Source: Felis catus
Taxonomy: Eukaryota
Length of the DNA: 64,000 nt
Direction: 5' to 3'
Assembly: GCF_018350175.1 (NCBI RefSeq)
Contig: NC_058368.1
Location: 71,178,001-71,242,000 of the forward strand
Made by a program: the position numbers and the translations under genes. The notes under the pieces are model-generated. The model saw only the letters and a list, made by a program, of their open reading frames with translations. It was not told where the DNA came from and ran no database searches. Every line of letters starts with the position of its first letter. Position 1 is the stretch's first letter. Positions 51,076-63,653 of the stretch are shown here, one piece after another.

Positions 51076-54000
51076 GCGGGATGGGAAGAATGGCCTGAGA
51101 GGGGAGCTGGGTAGAATGATGACAAAGTTTAGAGTTGATGTATGCAGTTTCCTGGTGCTCTAACTCACTGTGGAGGCATAGCCAGAGAATCTTGAGGTTT
51201 GATCACCTCTCAAATACCAGGTATTCAGCCTCGCTTTTGACAGAAGTTCAGACTGTAGAAGATTGGGCTGGCTAGTGAGGTCCCAAAGACTAAATAGTTC
51301 ATGTCTGTTTTGAAGAAAAAGCTGTGCTTAAGTGAAAAAGCCTGACTTACGTGTTTTTGGAGGTCGTTCCCAGGTCGCCCTGGGGCTGTTACAATGCTGC
51401 AGTTAAATACTAAGCGAGGCTGCTCAGCTCCTTGTGAAACATGGAGAGGAACTTCTCTTGGAGATTTTGAAGCTGAAGCATTAGCTAATGTTGACTTTCA
51501 CCTTGGTAAGATCACTTTATGGCTCTGTTAATCCCTGGTCTTGAGGATAGCTGCTACTTTGAAGCAGAATGCATCCTAATCATGAATTAGCCTGTTAACA
51601 GATTTTAGTATTATCCATTTGAATGCTGCTGTGGATGTGTTAAGCATAATGGTAGTTTTGATTTTTACACTAGAGTTTGGTTTTAAACTAGTGTTTACGT
51701 TTCTTTTTCTTTCTTTTTTTTTTTGAGATAACTACTAGTGGATTTACCAGTTTCGGCTGCCACGTGAGGTCATGTCCAGAATGTGAAAGTAGGTGCTGTG
51801 TTAGAAACACATATTTGTTTCCCTGTTTGCAACGGCTGGAAAGCTTGTATGCAGTTTGTTGAAAAGCTATAGCCTTTGTCGTCCCCCCCCCCCTTTTTTT
51901 TTCTTTTGGTTAACAATTATTATGTACTTTCTAGAACATGCAAATCTGAGTATGGACCAGAGCGCCTGATTATTACTACCCTAATGGTAACTCCCAAAGG
52001 AAGTGTCTGGTACAATTTTAAGAAGGAACAGCTGTATAATTGGATTTAGTTATTGTGTAATAATCTCTTACATTTTGTTGGTGCTTTACAGTTTGTAAAG
52101 GTTCGTGTGATCCTTTCAACAACTGTAGGGTATCTCTACATTTTACTAAAAGAAACAAAGTCCAGAGAGATGATTTGCTTGGTGGTGCATGACTACAAAG
52201 CGGTGGACCTAAGTGCTGACCCAGGTCTTGTGACCCTGAAGGTTCTGCTACTTGCCATGTGCCACACTGTTAGCAGATATTTCTTTTCCACATGTGCAAA
52301 TCTTGTAGAAGAGAACCAATGGTAAGAGGTTGTTGGGAAATCATTTTGTATACACTGACCTTTCTCCTCTTGGCTGTGATAGGCTAAATAGTCTTTATAA
52401 TTGGAGTTGATTCAGGTGTTTCCCTTGAACTTGTTTTTAGGAAGTACCTTAAAAAACTTTGGATGGGGCTTGTAGCCAGTTTGTTATATGCTTAATAAAA
52501 GTAATGAATTAAAATTCTGTGTAGAGGTGCAAATTAAGCAGATTTCTACTAACTATTCTCTGTATTTAAAAAAAGAAATTTTAGGGGTGCCCAGATGGCT
52601 CAGTTGGTTAAGCGTCTGACTCTTGATTTTGGTTCAGGTCATGATCTCACGGTTGTGAGATAGAGCTGGGTGTTGGGCTCTGCGCTGGGCTTGGAGACTG
52701 CTTAGGGTTCTCTCTTGTCCTCTGACCCTCCCTCTCATGCTTTTGTTCTCTTTTTCTCTCTCAAAAAAATAAATTTTAGGGGCTCCTGGCTGGCTCAGTT
52801 GGTGGAGCATGTGACTCCTAACCTTGGGGTCATGAGTTCTAGCCCACGTTGGGTGTGGAGATTACTAGGAAACAAAATGATAAAAGAAATTTCATGTTGT
52901 ATCTCTACAAAAATTATCTGATTTTTGACCTGTATTTTTTATAACTTTGATCTTCCATAAAGGTCTCCCAGGAGTGAACAGGAACAGAGAAAGGCCAACT
53001 ATAAACCAGTTCAGACCCTGGTTTCTTCTTTATAGTTCTGCTCTTCTAGTTTTGCTTGGACCAGTTGTACTTCTAGTTACTTGGCCAACCAGGGGAATCC
53101 ATGTTTTTTTGAAATTTTGGGACACATTATCACAAATTCAAACGTGTAAAAGCTATATGCTTTTTTTTTTTTTTTTTTTTTTTAATACTGGTGGTAAAAT
53201 AGTCTGAGGTCTTCAGAATCAGGTATTTTAAATAGTAATAAAAAGATTCCGAAACACCAGTTTGATCAATTAAGTATAGTGCTACAGCTTCTACATTTTG
53301 GCCAGATGTAAGTTGTAATAGAGTGGATTTAGTTTTAAGAAGTGTGTGGCATAGACTTTTTTTTTAAGGGTAGGCTTTTTTTTTTTTTTTTAAAGGTTCA
53401 TTTTTGAGAGAGAGAGGGAGTGTGTGTGCTTGTGCAAGTGGAGGGGGTGCAGAGAGAGGGGATAGAGGATCCGAAGTGAGTTTTGTGCTGACTGCAGAGT
53501 GCCTGATGCAGGGCTCGAACTATGAACCATGAGATCATGACCTGGGTCAAAATCAGTCACTTAACCGACTGAGCCACCCAGTGGGCACCCAGGTCCCCCT
53601 GGCATAGATGTTTTCTATTTTAGTTTTAGGTTACTGATAGTTTCACTGGAAGTAAATATAGCATAATTGAGTCAGCGCCCCCAGAGCCTGGCGACTTGAG
53701 ATTTCTGAGCAGTTTGGGGATAGAAACTCTTACTTTTGGGGCAAGTTTAGCTTATTCCTCATGGGCTCATCTAATTAGGTAGAGTCTGGAGGTTTTTATT
53801 CCCAGAAGTAGCCTGGAAACTTAGTGCATTAATTCGTACTGATTAAAATTTATGAAATCAGCTCGATTTACACCAAGTAGGTCTGCATGTTTGTTAGTTA
53901 CTCTGAGAGTAGTAGTAGTTCAGCAGTGAAATCTGGGTCACCGCCTTGCGTGGCCTCACTGGCTTACATGTTGACTTTGGATCAAGTGCATATCCTCCCA

Positions 54001-55084
54001 TGATCATGAGAAGCTTGTACACATTAGATACCCCTCTACTATGTAAGCTCTTGTTTTTTTGATAACCGTGGTTTAGGTTTGTAAGGGACCTTAAAGAAAA
54101 GTCACCCAGACTTTCATTTCTTAGCAGATGGGTTAGAGTGGTTTGCTCAAGTCCTAGAGTTAGGGTTAGAATTCAGGTTTCTTGATTTTCTTTCCCATAG
54201 TTCTTTGCTGGGTGGTAGGGTACTTTTTAAAGTATTCCCCTCCCCAGACATAAACATCGCTGTTGTTCTCACTCTTCATAAGTAATTAGAATACCTAAAA
54301 TGTCCATCCCAGGTTGTGTTTTTTTGTCTGCAAGATGCACATTTGTCATCAGGAATCAGTTACAGCCTTTATTTGTTAGTGATTAAAGACACAGGTATGA
54401 TTTTGTCTTTTATAAAAAGATCATGTTGACCTGTTCATGCAGCAGACCACTATGTGCCTTACAATATTAGGGAGAATTTGTAAAAATGTCAACTATTTTG
54501 TTGTTACATTTTATAAAATGGATAGGAAGCTTGCATGTTATTTATTTTGTGTAAATATCCTAGTGCTGGTTTGCAGCAGAATGAGAAATTTCCAGGGAGC
54601 TTTTGTTTTTCTTTATTCTTGGAATTTGTTTTCTTAGTTTTCTGCATGGGCTGAGGCTGTAAACACAAGACCTGATTTTCTGGAGAAGTAGTATTACCTT
54701 TATCTTATTAAGTCTGATGTGGGACTAAAATTGCTAAATATAGCTGTTCTGGTGAAGGCAGTGGAAGACTGAATTTTTATTTGAATGCATAGAGTGGTGA
54801 GACCCTCCTGGTAAATTGTTGTTTTTTCCCTCTTTTAATTGTATCTTTGCGTAGACATTGGTGTTCACGTGGGAGGTGCCATTACTTTTTATTATCTCAA
54901 AATAAACTCCAGAATGCTTTGAATAGACCTGTGCTTAAATTTTGCAACCATTGCAACCTAGCCTAATGACTTTGGACAAATTAAAATTCTCAAGACTCTG
55001 TTCTCTCATTAAAATTGGGCCTAATACTCTTGAACTTACAGGGATGTCTGAAGGTATTTAAGAGTGAGTTTTGGTCTTTAAAAT

Positions 55085-55474
55085 AATTTTTTTTTAAATG
55101 TTTATTTTTGAAGGAGAGAGAGACAGAGTGTGAGTGGGGGAGGGGCAGAGAGAGAGGGAGACAGAGAATCTGAAGCAGGCTCCAGGCTCCAGGCTCCGAG
55201 CTGTCAGCACAGAGCCCGACGTGGGGCTCGAACTCACAAACTGTGAGATCATGACCTGAGCATAAGTCGGACGCTCAGGTGCCCCAGTGTGTGCCTTTTA
55301 AAGACCAAAACTCAGGGGGCGCTTGGGTGGCTCAGCCGGTTAAGCGTCCGACTTGGGCTCAGGTCATGATCTCACAGTTTGTGAGTTCCAGCCCCACGTC
55401 GGGCTCTGTGCCGACAGCTTGGAGCCTGGAGCCTGCTACGGATTCTGTCTCCCTCTGTCTCTGCCCCCTTCCAC

Positions 55475-55527
<53 letters not shown>

Positions 55528-55817
55528 AATAAATAAGTAAATGTAAAAAAATAAAAAGCACACAGTATGAAGTGTGTTTTCCCAGTTTCCAACCATTGTC
55601 TTCACTAGTCTTTTACTTTTTTTAAACTTGAGAGTGAGAGAGCATGAGTGAGTGTGTGCACAAGTTGGGGAGAGGGGCAAGGGGAGAGAGGGAGAATCCT
55701 AAGCAAGCTCCGTGTTCAGCTCAGCCCATTGTGGGGCTCAATCCCATGACGCTGGGATCATGACCCGACTCAAAATCAAGAGTTGGATGCTCGATGGACT
55801 GAGCCACCCAGGCACCC
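55085..55817. mobile_element. Three Can-SINEs in alternating orientation (-, +, -) in PCCA intron 1
   Basis: Units at ~55085-55285 (-), 55315-55552 (+) and ~55620-55817 (-). Confidence 0.9.
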
Positions 55818-56424
55818 TGATTCACAAGTCTTTTACTTGATAGTGTGAACTTCATTTTTGAAGTGTCTTTCTTATCTATTACCTTCACTTTTATATTAAG
55901 ATCACATTTTGTAATTTAAGGCTTGGTGCTTTAAAAAAATTAGATCTTTGAGTTTATTTAAGAATGTTGGTATAAAAACATTTGCCTCTTATTAGCGTTG
56001 TCCTCTTAGAAAGTTCTGAGGGGTAGTACCATTTGCTTTTCACTAGCCCCACCTTTTTTTTTTTTTTTTTTTTAATAGCTTTATCAATGACTACCGGGTA
56101 AATTGTTTTCTTAAACCTCAACTATACATTTTATTAGTGATGATTCTTAATGCTTTAAAGCCTTAAGAGAACATTTTTTTCCACATTTATAATAATGAAT
56201 TCGAAGTCAACTTGAGTAGACTAAGAAATCCCGTTCAAGACCTCAGCAAATAAAAAATTCTATTTGATTACTTTCTGGTCCTTGTGAAAATTGGAGCCCC
56301 TTGAAGGCCAAGACTCTTGTTTTATGTTTTATAAAGTTCTGTGTGGTATGTGACCTTATGATCCTGGCATGTCAGTGTGCATAATCAGACCTTTTTTTAA
56401 ATTTTATTTGACCCATTGATCCTT

Positions 56425-56870
56425 TAAGTTTTTAATTCCAGTTAACATACAGTATTATATTAGTTTCAGGTATACAATATAGTGATTGAACAGTTCTGTG
56501 CATCACTGATGCTTATCACAAGTGTACTCCTTAGTCCCCATCACCTATTTAATTCCTCTCCTCCCTGGTAACATCAGCTCTCTATAATTAAGATTGACCC
56601 ATCAGTCAGAGAAAGACAAATATCATATGACTTCACTCATGAGGACTTTAAGATACAACACAGATGAACATAAGGGAAGGGAAGCAAAAATAATATACAA
56701 ACAGGGAGGGGGACAAAACAGAAGAGACTCTTAAATGTATAGAACAGAGGGTTGCTGGAGGGGTTGTGGGAGGGGGGATGGGCTAAATGGGTAAGGGGCA
56801 TTAAGGAATCTACTCCTGAAATCGTTGAACTATATGCTAACAAACTTGGATGTAAATTAAAAAAAAAAAA
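56425..56870. mobile_element. Two short L1 3' ends in opposite orientation (older minus ~56425-56593, younger plus 56601-56870)
   Basis: Both carry L1 3'UTR motifs. The plus copy has an intact A tail and is flanked by TTGACCC. Confidence 0.8.
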
Positions 56871-57139
56871 GTTGACCCTTTGACTCTTATTTTACTTTTC
56901 TGGAGATCTTTCTGATGCCTTTGGTTTCTCTTGTGTGCCAAAGGGATCTGTCTGGTAGTTATGATTTACCTTCCAACCTTCCATAGTTACGGCATGTGGC
57001 TTAGAACTACATGTATTGATAAAATATTTTAGGTAGATGCATACTGGAAGAATTACTCTGAAAAAATATTTTTAAAGCCCATTCAAGGATCTGTAATTTA
57101 TTTCACCTTTTTTTTTTTTTTTTTTTTTTTTTTTGGTAG

Positions 57140-57217
57140 CATGTCCCACACTACTCAAGACAGCACTTAATGGTGTCCCGTAGTCTCTGTTCAGCAGGAT
57201 ATGATTCTAATGAAAAA
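57140..57217 (+). CDS. PCCA: PCCA coding exon 2, HVPHYSRQHLMVSRSLCSAGYDSNEK
   Basis: Acceptor T27-GGTAG|CAT, donor AAA|GTAAGT. 78 nt, phase 0, open frame. Matches human [26 protein letters not shown] as recalled. Confidence 0.93.
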
Positions 57218-57872
57218 GTAAGTATTTAAAAAATACTAGCAAAGTTATAATGGTTTTGCTTTCTTGTTTCCATGCTGTGTTCAGTGGACAGATTAAATAT
57301 TAGCGCTGTATAATTACTACTCTAACATCATGGGTTTTATAGCTGCTCAATCTTTTTTCATTGTGGGCCACAACCTGAGTCTTAAATTTTGTGTTTGTAC
57401 CTTTACCAGAAATTGAGTAAACTTTTAGTGTGTTTCCTTTATTATTCAGCAGAATAACTAACATAGCCTTCTTTCTTAAATTCTGGGTTATTTGAGAGAT
57501 TTTGATTGAACTGATTTATTTTTCCATTTAATATCTGTAGGGTTAATTTTGAAGGCACCTTTGTGTATTGTAAATTTTGGGGCAAGGGAATTTCAGTTAA
57601 AATCCTGATAGAGGATAATAGTTGAGGCTCGTAATAGGAGAAAGAAAGGGCCTATAAGTGGTGATTAGAAAATGTCATTTTTTCTAATGACAATGACCAT
57701 GAAGACCTCAAACAGGGCAGGAGAGTTTTGGTTAAGAAGAAGTGATTCAAGTCGAGAGTCAGGAAGGTAAAACTGATGAATGATTATTTGAGAACGAAAT
57801 AGCTGAGGTATCTTCTAAATCATCTCTTGAAGTATACAAAACTACTCAAAAGAATTTGGAGGCTTGGAGAAA

Positions 57873-58180
57873 GGGTCTGTATCATTGCAGTTTAATAACA
57901 ATGTGGACACAATTTGCAGGGTATATATCATTTAAAATTTCCTAATAGCCACATTAAAAAAAACTGAAGAAGTTAACTTTAATAGTATGTTTTAATTCTA
58001 TATCTAAAGTGTTATTTCAGTACATAATATAAAAAGTATCAATGAGATACTTACTTTTTTTTTTTTTTTTTGTTACCAGATCTTCTAAATCCAAGTGTAT
58101 AATTTACACTTCTGGCATCTCAGTTTGATTAGCCACATTTGAAGAGCTTAGTGCCAGTGGTTACTTGATTGGACTGCACT
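57873..58180. mobile_element. MER33-like hAT MITE
   Basis: AAAATTTCCTAATAGCCACATTAAAAA...TTAGCCACATTTGAAGAGCT...ATTGGACTGCAC. Confidence 0.65.
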
Positions 58181-61098
58181 GGTCCAGGTGAATTAGCTAT
58201 GATAAACTCCCTTTTATGAAATAAATCCATGGTTTAATATGAAAACTTTAGTATAGAAGTTGGGGTGCATGTATGTATATTTCTGCACATGTGTTGAGTT
58301 CCAATCTAGAGGTAGTGAGCTGTTCTAACTGGGAACACACTCTAGGGAGTGGTTAGCTAGTATTTGTTCAAGAGGCCACATTCCAGAGTGGGGGAGACAT
58401 AGAATACTACCAAGTGTTCAGCTATCTTTCTCCCTGTTAACTTTGGTAGCCTTCCTCATTAGCATAATAGGTGTTAGAAGTGGGCTCTCATTGATGACAT
58501 TAGTGGTATGCAAGATATGTGTTCTGGCTGCTATTTAATAGAAATTCTTAGCCCCTGAATTAGAATAAAACAATCTAGTTGGACTTTCATTCTTTATCTT
58601 TAAGGATAGAAACTAAGGTTGATCCCTAAATGAAGTGATCCTATGTGCAGCTCTTTCTTTGTCTGGAGGTTCTTGATAGATTGAGTCTGACAGTGTAACT
58701 GGCCAAATCAGAATATTGATGTATTTACCTCAGGTGAGCCTTTCATTCAGACTGTTGGAGCATTATACAATGAAGGAAGTTGAGACATCATTGAGCTTTA
58801 TTTGGTAGATTTTAAGATCTTTTTTATGCCTGTTCATAAATGTATGTGTTGGTGGAGTTTGGTTTGAGGCTTCTTTTTGCCATAACCTCGTAATGAGCTT
58901 ACTGTAATAGCTGACTCACCCCCCACATTGGTGGCCATTGATAATTACTAAAAATAAACAAATGCGTATAACCTGGTTTAGGGAATTTATAGAGCTCTTC
59001 CCCCCACCTTGGAGTCCACTAAAATACATATTTTGTTTTAAATGTCTGAAATCAGATCTGCTGCCTGCTATCTTTGTCTTCTTTGCTGTACCTTTGCTTT
59101 TAGGTAATTGTGGTGAAACTATATAGTGTGTCAGTCATGTCATAACGTCCATGATGCTTGTTGACACCTAACGGTAGTATATAGGTTTTGTGTGTTAAGA
59201 CCAAGTTGCAGGCTTGCCCTTCACTCCAGGGCTGCCTTTAATTGGGCCTTTCTACTTCTAGGAATTCTTGCTGTTGTCATAGCTATTCATTAAATACTGC
59301 ACTTTTTTGTTTTTTATTGTTCCTGTCCTAAGTGCAGATAGATCTGATTTTTTGGTAATACATATTTGCTAAATAAATTGATTCTCATCTGAACTTGTCA
59401 TTGACTCCTTCATATTTTATCAGCAATTTCTATCAGGTTGAAATTAAACCAGGTAAAATTTAATCATTACTAAATGTACCATTTTTTTTTTTTGACTTGA
59501 ATTTTAACACATCGACTTGTCTTTGATACGTTCATAACAATAGGGAAGATTTAGTAATAATCTGCTTAGAAAAAGACCAGGAGGCTACTAAAGTAGGCCT
59601 TAAGTTAGCGTGTACCAGTGTAGTACTATATTGTGCCTGGCGTAACAAATGTGATCTTAGGTGTCACTGTTAATACAGTGTTTAAAGCTTATACCATTAT
59701 ACTCCGATCATGTCACATTGTGGTATGTTTTGATATGAATACCTGGATGTGAGCTCTGGCTTTGCCCCTGTGAATTTTAAGTGATTTAGGCAAGTGATTT
59801 GGCTTCATCAAGCCTTAATTTTCTCATTTGTAAATTGGGGATGTTCTCAGCTGACTTCATAGGACTATTCTGAGCCTTAAATGAGACATAGTGGACAGAA
59901 GGGATTTGTCCTGGCATATAGAAAGCATGTGCCCTAAATGTTAGCTGCTTAATATTAGTCTTAACAACTAGGTTTTGTACATTTGGAAACAGCCTCAAAA
60001 TCCACAGATAGTAAATAACTGGGGTGTAAACTCAAGCCTGGGCTTCTCTAGTGAGGTGGTAGATTTACCCACTGTTCTGTACCACTTCTCAGAAGTGTTG
60101 GTAAGTGACTAGTCAGTGTGTGGAGTTCTGTGGTCATTCCTTCAACAAGTACCCAGGGGAACGGGCCCGCTCAGCCCTTGTCTTGGGCTGTGAATGGAGT
60201 GAAGTGTCCTTGGTGGTTTTAGACCCTGACTATGAAGATCTAAGTATGGGGAGGAGAAAGAAGGAAGGAGGGATAGAGGATAGAATAAAAGGAGGTAACT
60301 TAAAACAAAAAATCTTCAGGAATTTCCATTGTGTTTCTTACCCTGGATGACCTCATTAGTAGTTAGAGAACCGCTGCTGCAAAAGTCCGTCTCTCTCTCT
60401 CATGGTACTTGAAAGCCCCTCTGTCTTCAGGATATAAGTTCCTGATTTAAAGATTTTTGTTCGTTTCCCTTAGAATATCTTCAGAGTGCCTCCTTATATG
60501 TGGCTCTGCACCTGTAGGATAAAGTCCAATTCCTTAAATGGCATATAAGTCCTTTTATCATCTGGCCTTTTTTACCCTAGCTTTGTTTGCTCCAGCTCCC
60601 CTGTACATATCTTGTGCTTGAGCTATATTAAAAATCCCTTGTTTTTCAGTGCTACCGTCTGCTTTCAATGTCACTGCCTTTGCCCTTGCTGTTCACTCTT
60701 CCTTCTCTGCACTGGCCACAGCCTCTTGGATGTAGCTGTGTTATGGCACTTACCACACTTTGTTGTCATACTGCCATATTGTACACAGAAGTTATCAAAT
60801 GCACTTGATGTTTCCCTGTAATTTTTAATGCAGAGGGGAAGTTTTAAAGTCCGTGTAAATTTATTTGTATGTATTCTTTTACGTGCATAGCTTACCTGAA
60901 AGAATATATGTACAGGAAACTGGTAATAGCATTGCCTTTGGAGCAGAGACCTAGTTGTCTCTATAGTATATCACCTTTTGTACCTTTTAAACCCTGAACC
61001 ATATACATACATTTATTCAAAAGAATATCTTCTGTATGGAAGGTTAATTGATATGATCAGCTTTATTTAGCTTGTGCACTAATTGGTATTAACAGACC

Positions 61099-61547
61099 TG
61101 TATTAGGGTTCTGCAGAGAAAGAGAACCAGTAGGAGATGTATGTGGAGATCCACTGGCTCACACAGCTATGGAGGCCAGGTCTCACGATCTGCCATCTGC
61201 AAGCTGGAGACACAGGAAAACTGGTGATGTAATTCTAGTCTAGGTCCAGGGGCCTGAGAACCTGGGAGCCCATATGTCGGTAAGCCCCAGGGTAGACCAA
61301 GGCTGTGTCCCTCTTGAATCAGGAAAGTGGGACAAATCCTCACTTCTACTTTTTGTTCTCTCAGGCCCTCAACGAATGGGATGATGCTCACCCACACTGG
61401 GGAGGGCAGTGTACTGGGCTGAGTCCCCTGATTGACATGCTCCTGTCCTCGAGAAACACTCTCACAGACACACCCAGAAATCATGTTTCATCTGGTCACC
61501 CTGGGGCCCAGTCAAGTTGCATGTAAAAGTAATATTAGCCATCACAA
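61099..61547. mobile_element. ERVL LTR (MLT2-like)
   Basis: TGTATTAGGGTTCTGCAGAGAAAGAGAACCAGTAGGA...ACTCTCACAGACACACCCAGAAAT...TTAGCCATCACA. Confidence 0.82.
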
Positions 61548-63153
61548 GCCCTGAATAGAGAAGATGTGTCAGGTGCAGATAGTTGTTTTAATGTAGATTT
61601 TTCCCTGTTAGATAGGTTCACACTCCTAGATTTGTCACAAACAGTGTGGTGTGTGGCCCAAAGGGGTGAATAACAATAGCTATAGCTAACACCTCTTGAG
61701 TATATATTATGTGCTAGGCACTATTCTAAACACTTTAAGGGTGTTAATTCATACTCTCACAGCCTCTTGTGGCAGGTGCTATTATTACTCTCATTTTACA
61801 TACCAGGAAATGAGGGTTGAGAAGGATGGCTTGCCCACATAAGAACACATGGTGGTGTTGGGCAATTTAGTTCCAGACTGGCTTTTAACTATTATTCTGC
61901 CATGCAGATAAAAATTAGAAGGAAGTTCTTAATCCCTATAATGTTATGATTGGTTATATTTCCTATAACAGTTGCTTATTGTGTAACTTCGTGTTTGTGT
62001 TGCTTTTATCAGATGTCATCTGTTTAATACTTATAAAAATGCACATTTTAAAATGCATTTCAAAGAGGTATAAAACATTTTTTTCTTTGTATATTGTCAG
62101 TGTTTAACAGGGATTTACCATGACCACTTAGGTATAGAATGGCCTATGATTTTGTAGTCTCAGGCTTGACGTGACATGAGGGTATTTTAAGGACCCATCT
62201 GCTCAAGGCTCTGAATGACTCGATATTATCAGATTAAGAGTTTACCAATTTTTAAGGCAGAGGCTTGTCTCAGTTTGCTAGAATAAGTGATGTGTGACAT
62301 AAAGTTTAAACCAAGACTTTGAAAACCTTTTCCAACTCTGAGATTCTGTGACTCCCTGTCAGGTTAAAATATTGCTTTCAGTTATATGAGTACTTTAAAG
62401 ATCATATATAGCTTTAACTTTCTTTTAGAAATATAACTAAGACTTTTTCTGTAGTTACATTCAACTTACAACAATTCACTAACCCAGAAATAATTGTGTA
62501 CTAAAAGATCTCCATATTACTTGTGTGTTTCTTTCAAAGGATTAGCCTGTACAATTTTAGAGTAGGAAGAGAAGCTTATTAAATAGTTTCCTCTAGAAAT
62601 GCCATCAGTTTATATGTGAAAGTGAAGATCTACAGAGATTGATTTGCCTCAAGTCAAACAGGTTACTGTTAGTGGCAAAGCTGGGCTTAGAATTGAAGTA
62701 TCTAGGCCTACCCAGAATGGAGCTACTCTCTTATGAGGCCTTAGCTGCTTCAAATATGGTGGTTACTCAAACTTAACATAAATTCCCTGAGTTTAGAATA
62801 TACGTTATGAAGTAAGTGGTCAAACAATTCTGTCTAAAGTTTTTTAGTATTCAGAAATGTTATCTGAAGATTACCTTTTGGCAAGAGAATTTATAAATAT
62901 GCCCTTAGTCCATTTAAGTACACCAAATCAAATCAGTTGATGCTTTAACAGACTAATTATAGGGCCGCACCCTACCAGATGAACTTAGTAGCAATCGGGT
63001 TATAGATGAACATACATGTAATATTTAGTACTACTCTAGGAAGTAATTTTTTTTTTTTTTTTTTAAGAATCATGTCCAGTGTTGTGAGAAAACTTGTTTT
63101 CCGGTTCCAAAGTGAGAGTAACAATTTTTTATGTGTGTTTTTTCTCTCTTCAG

Positions 63154-63201
63154 ACTTTTGATAAAATTCTTATTGCTAATAGAGGAGAAATTGCATGTAG
63201 G
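63154..63201 (+). CDS. PCCA: PCCA coding exon 3, TFDKILIANRGEIACR (start of the biotin carboxylase domain)
   Basis: Pyrimidine tract plus CAG acceptor, donor AGG|GTGAGT, 48 nt. Contains the hallmark biotin-carboxylase motif KILIANRGEIA. Confidence 0.97.
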
Positions 63202-63307
63202 GTGAGTGGAATTTTAATCTTATTTTCCATTTTACTTTGTGAATTTTATTAAATCCCTTGAAATATGAATCTCTATTAATAGATAACATTGATATATTTT
63301 AAAATAG

Positions 63308-63376
63308 GTTATTAAAACTTGCAAGAAGATGGGCATTAAGACAGTTGCCATCCACAGTGATGTTGATGCTAGTTCT
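63308..63376 (+). CDS. PCCA: PCCA coding exon 4, [23 protein letters not shown]
   Basis: Acceptor AATAG|GTT, donor TCT|GTAAGT, 69 nt. Continues the biotin carboxylase N-terminal domain in frame after a 106-nt intron. Confidence 0.97.
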
Positions 63377-63443
63377 GTAAGTATATTTTGCTTTATCTGA
63401 ATGAAGACCTTATTTGGGGTATATTTAAAAGAAAAAAAAAAAA

Positions 63444-63653
63444 GCCTGGGTGGCTCAGTCAGTTGAGCGTCTGACTTCAGATGGTCTTGCAGTTCGTGAG
63501 TTCGAGCCCTCCGTCGGGCTCTGTGCTAACAGCTCAGAGCCTGGAGTCTGCTTCAGATTCTGTATCTCTCTCTCTCTCCCCCTCCCCTGCTCATTCTCTA
63601 CCTCTCTCTTTCTCTCAAAAATAAATAAATGTTAAAGTAAATAAATAAATAAA
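63444..63653 (+). mobile_element. Can-SINE 68 nt downstream of PCCA exon 4
   Basis: SINE body with CT tract and (AAAT)n tail. The 5' few bases are missing. Confidence 0.85.
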
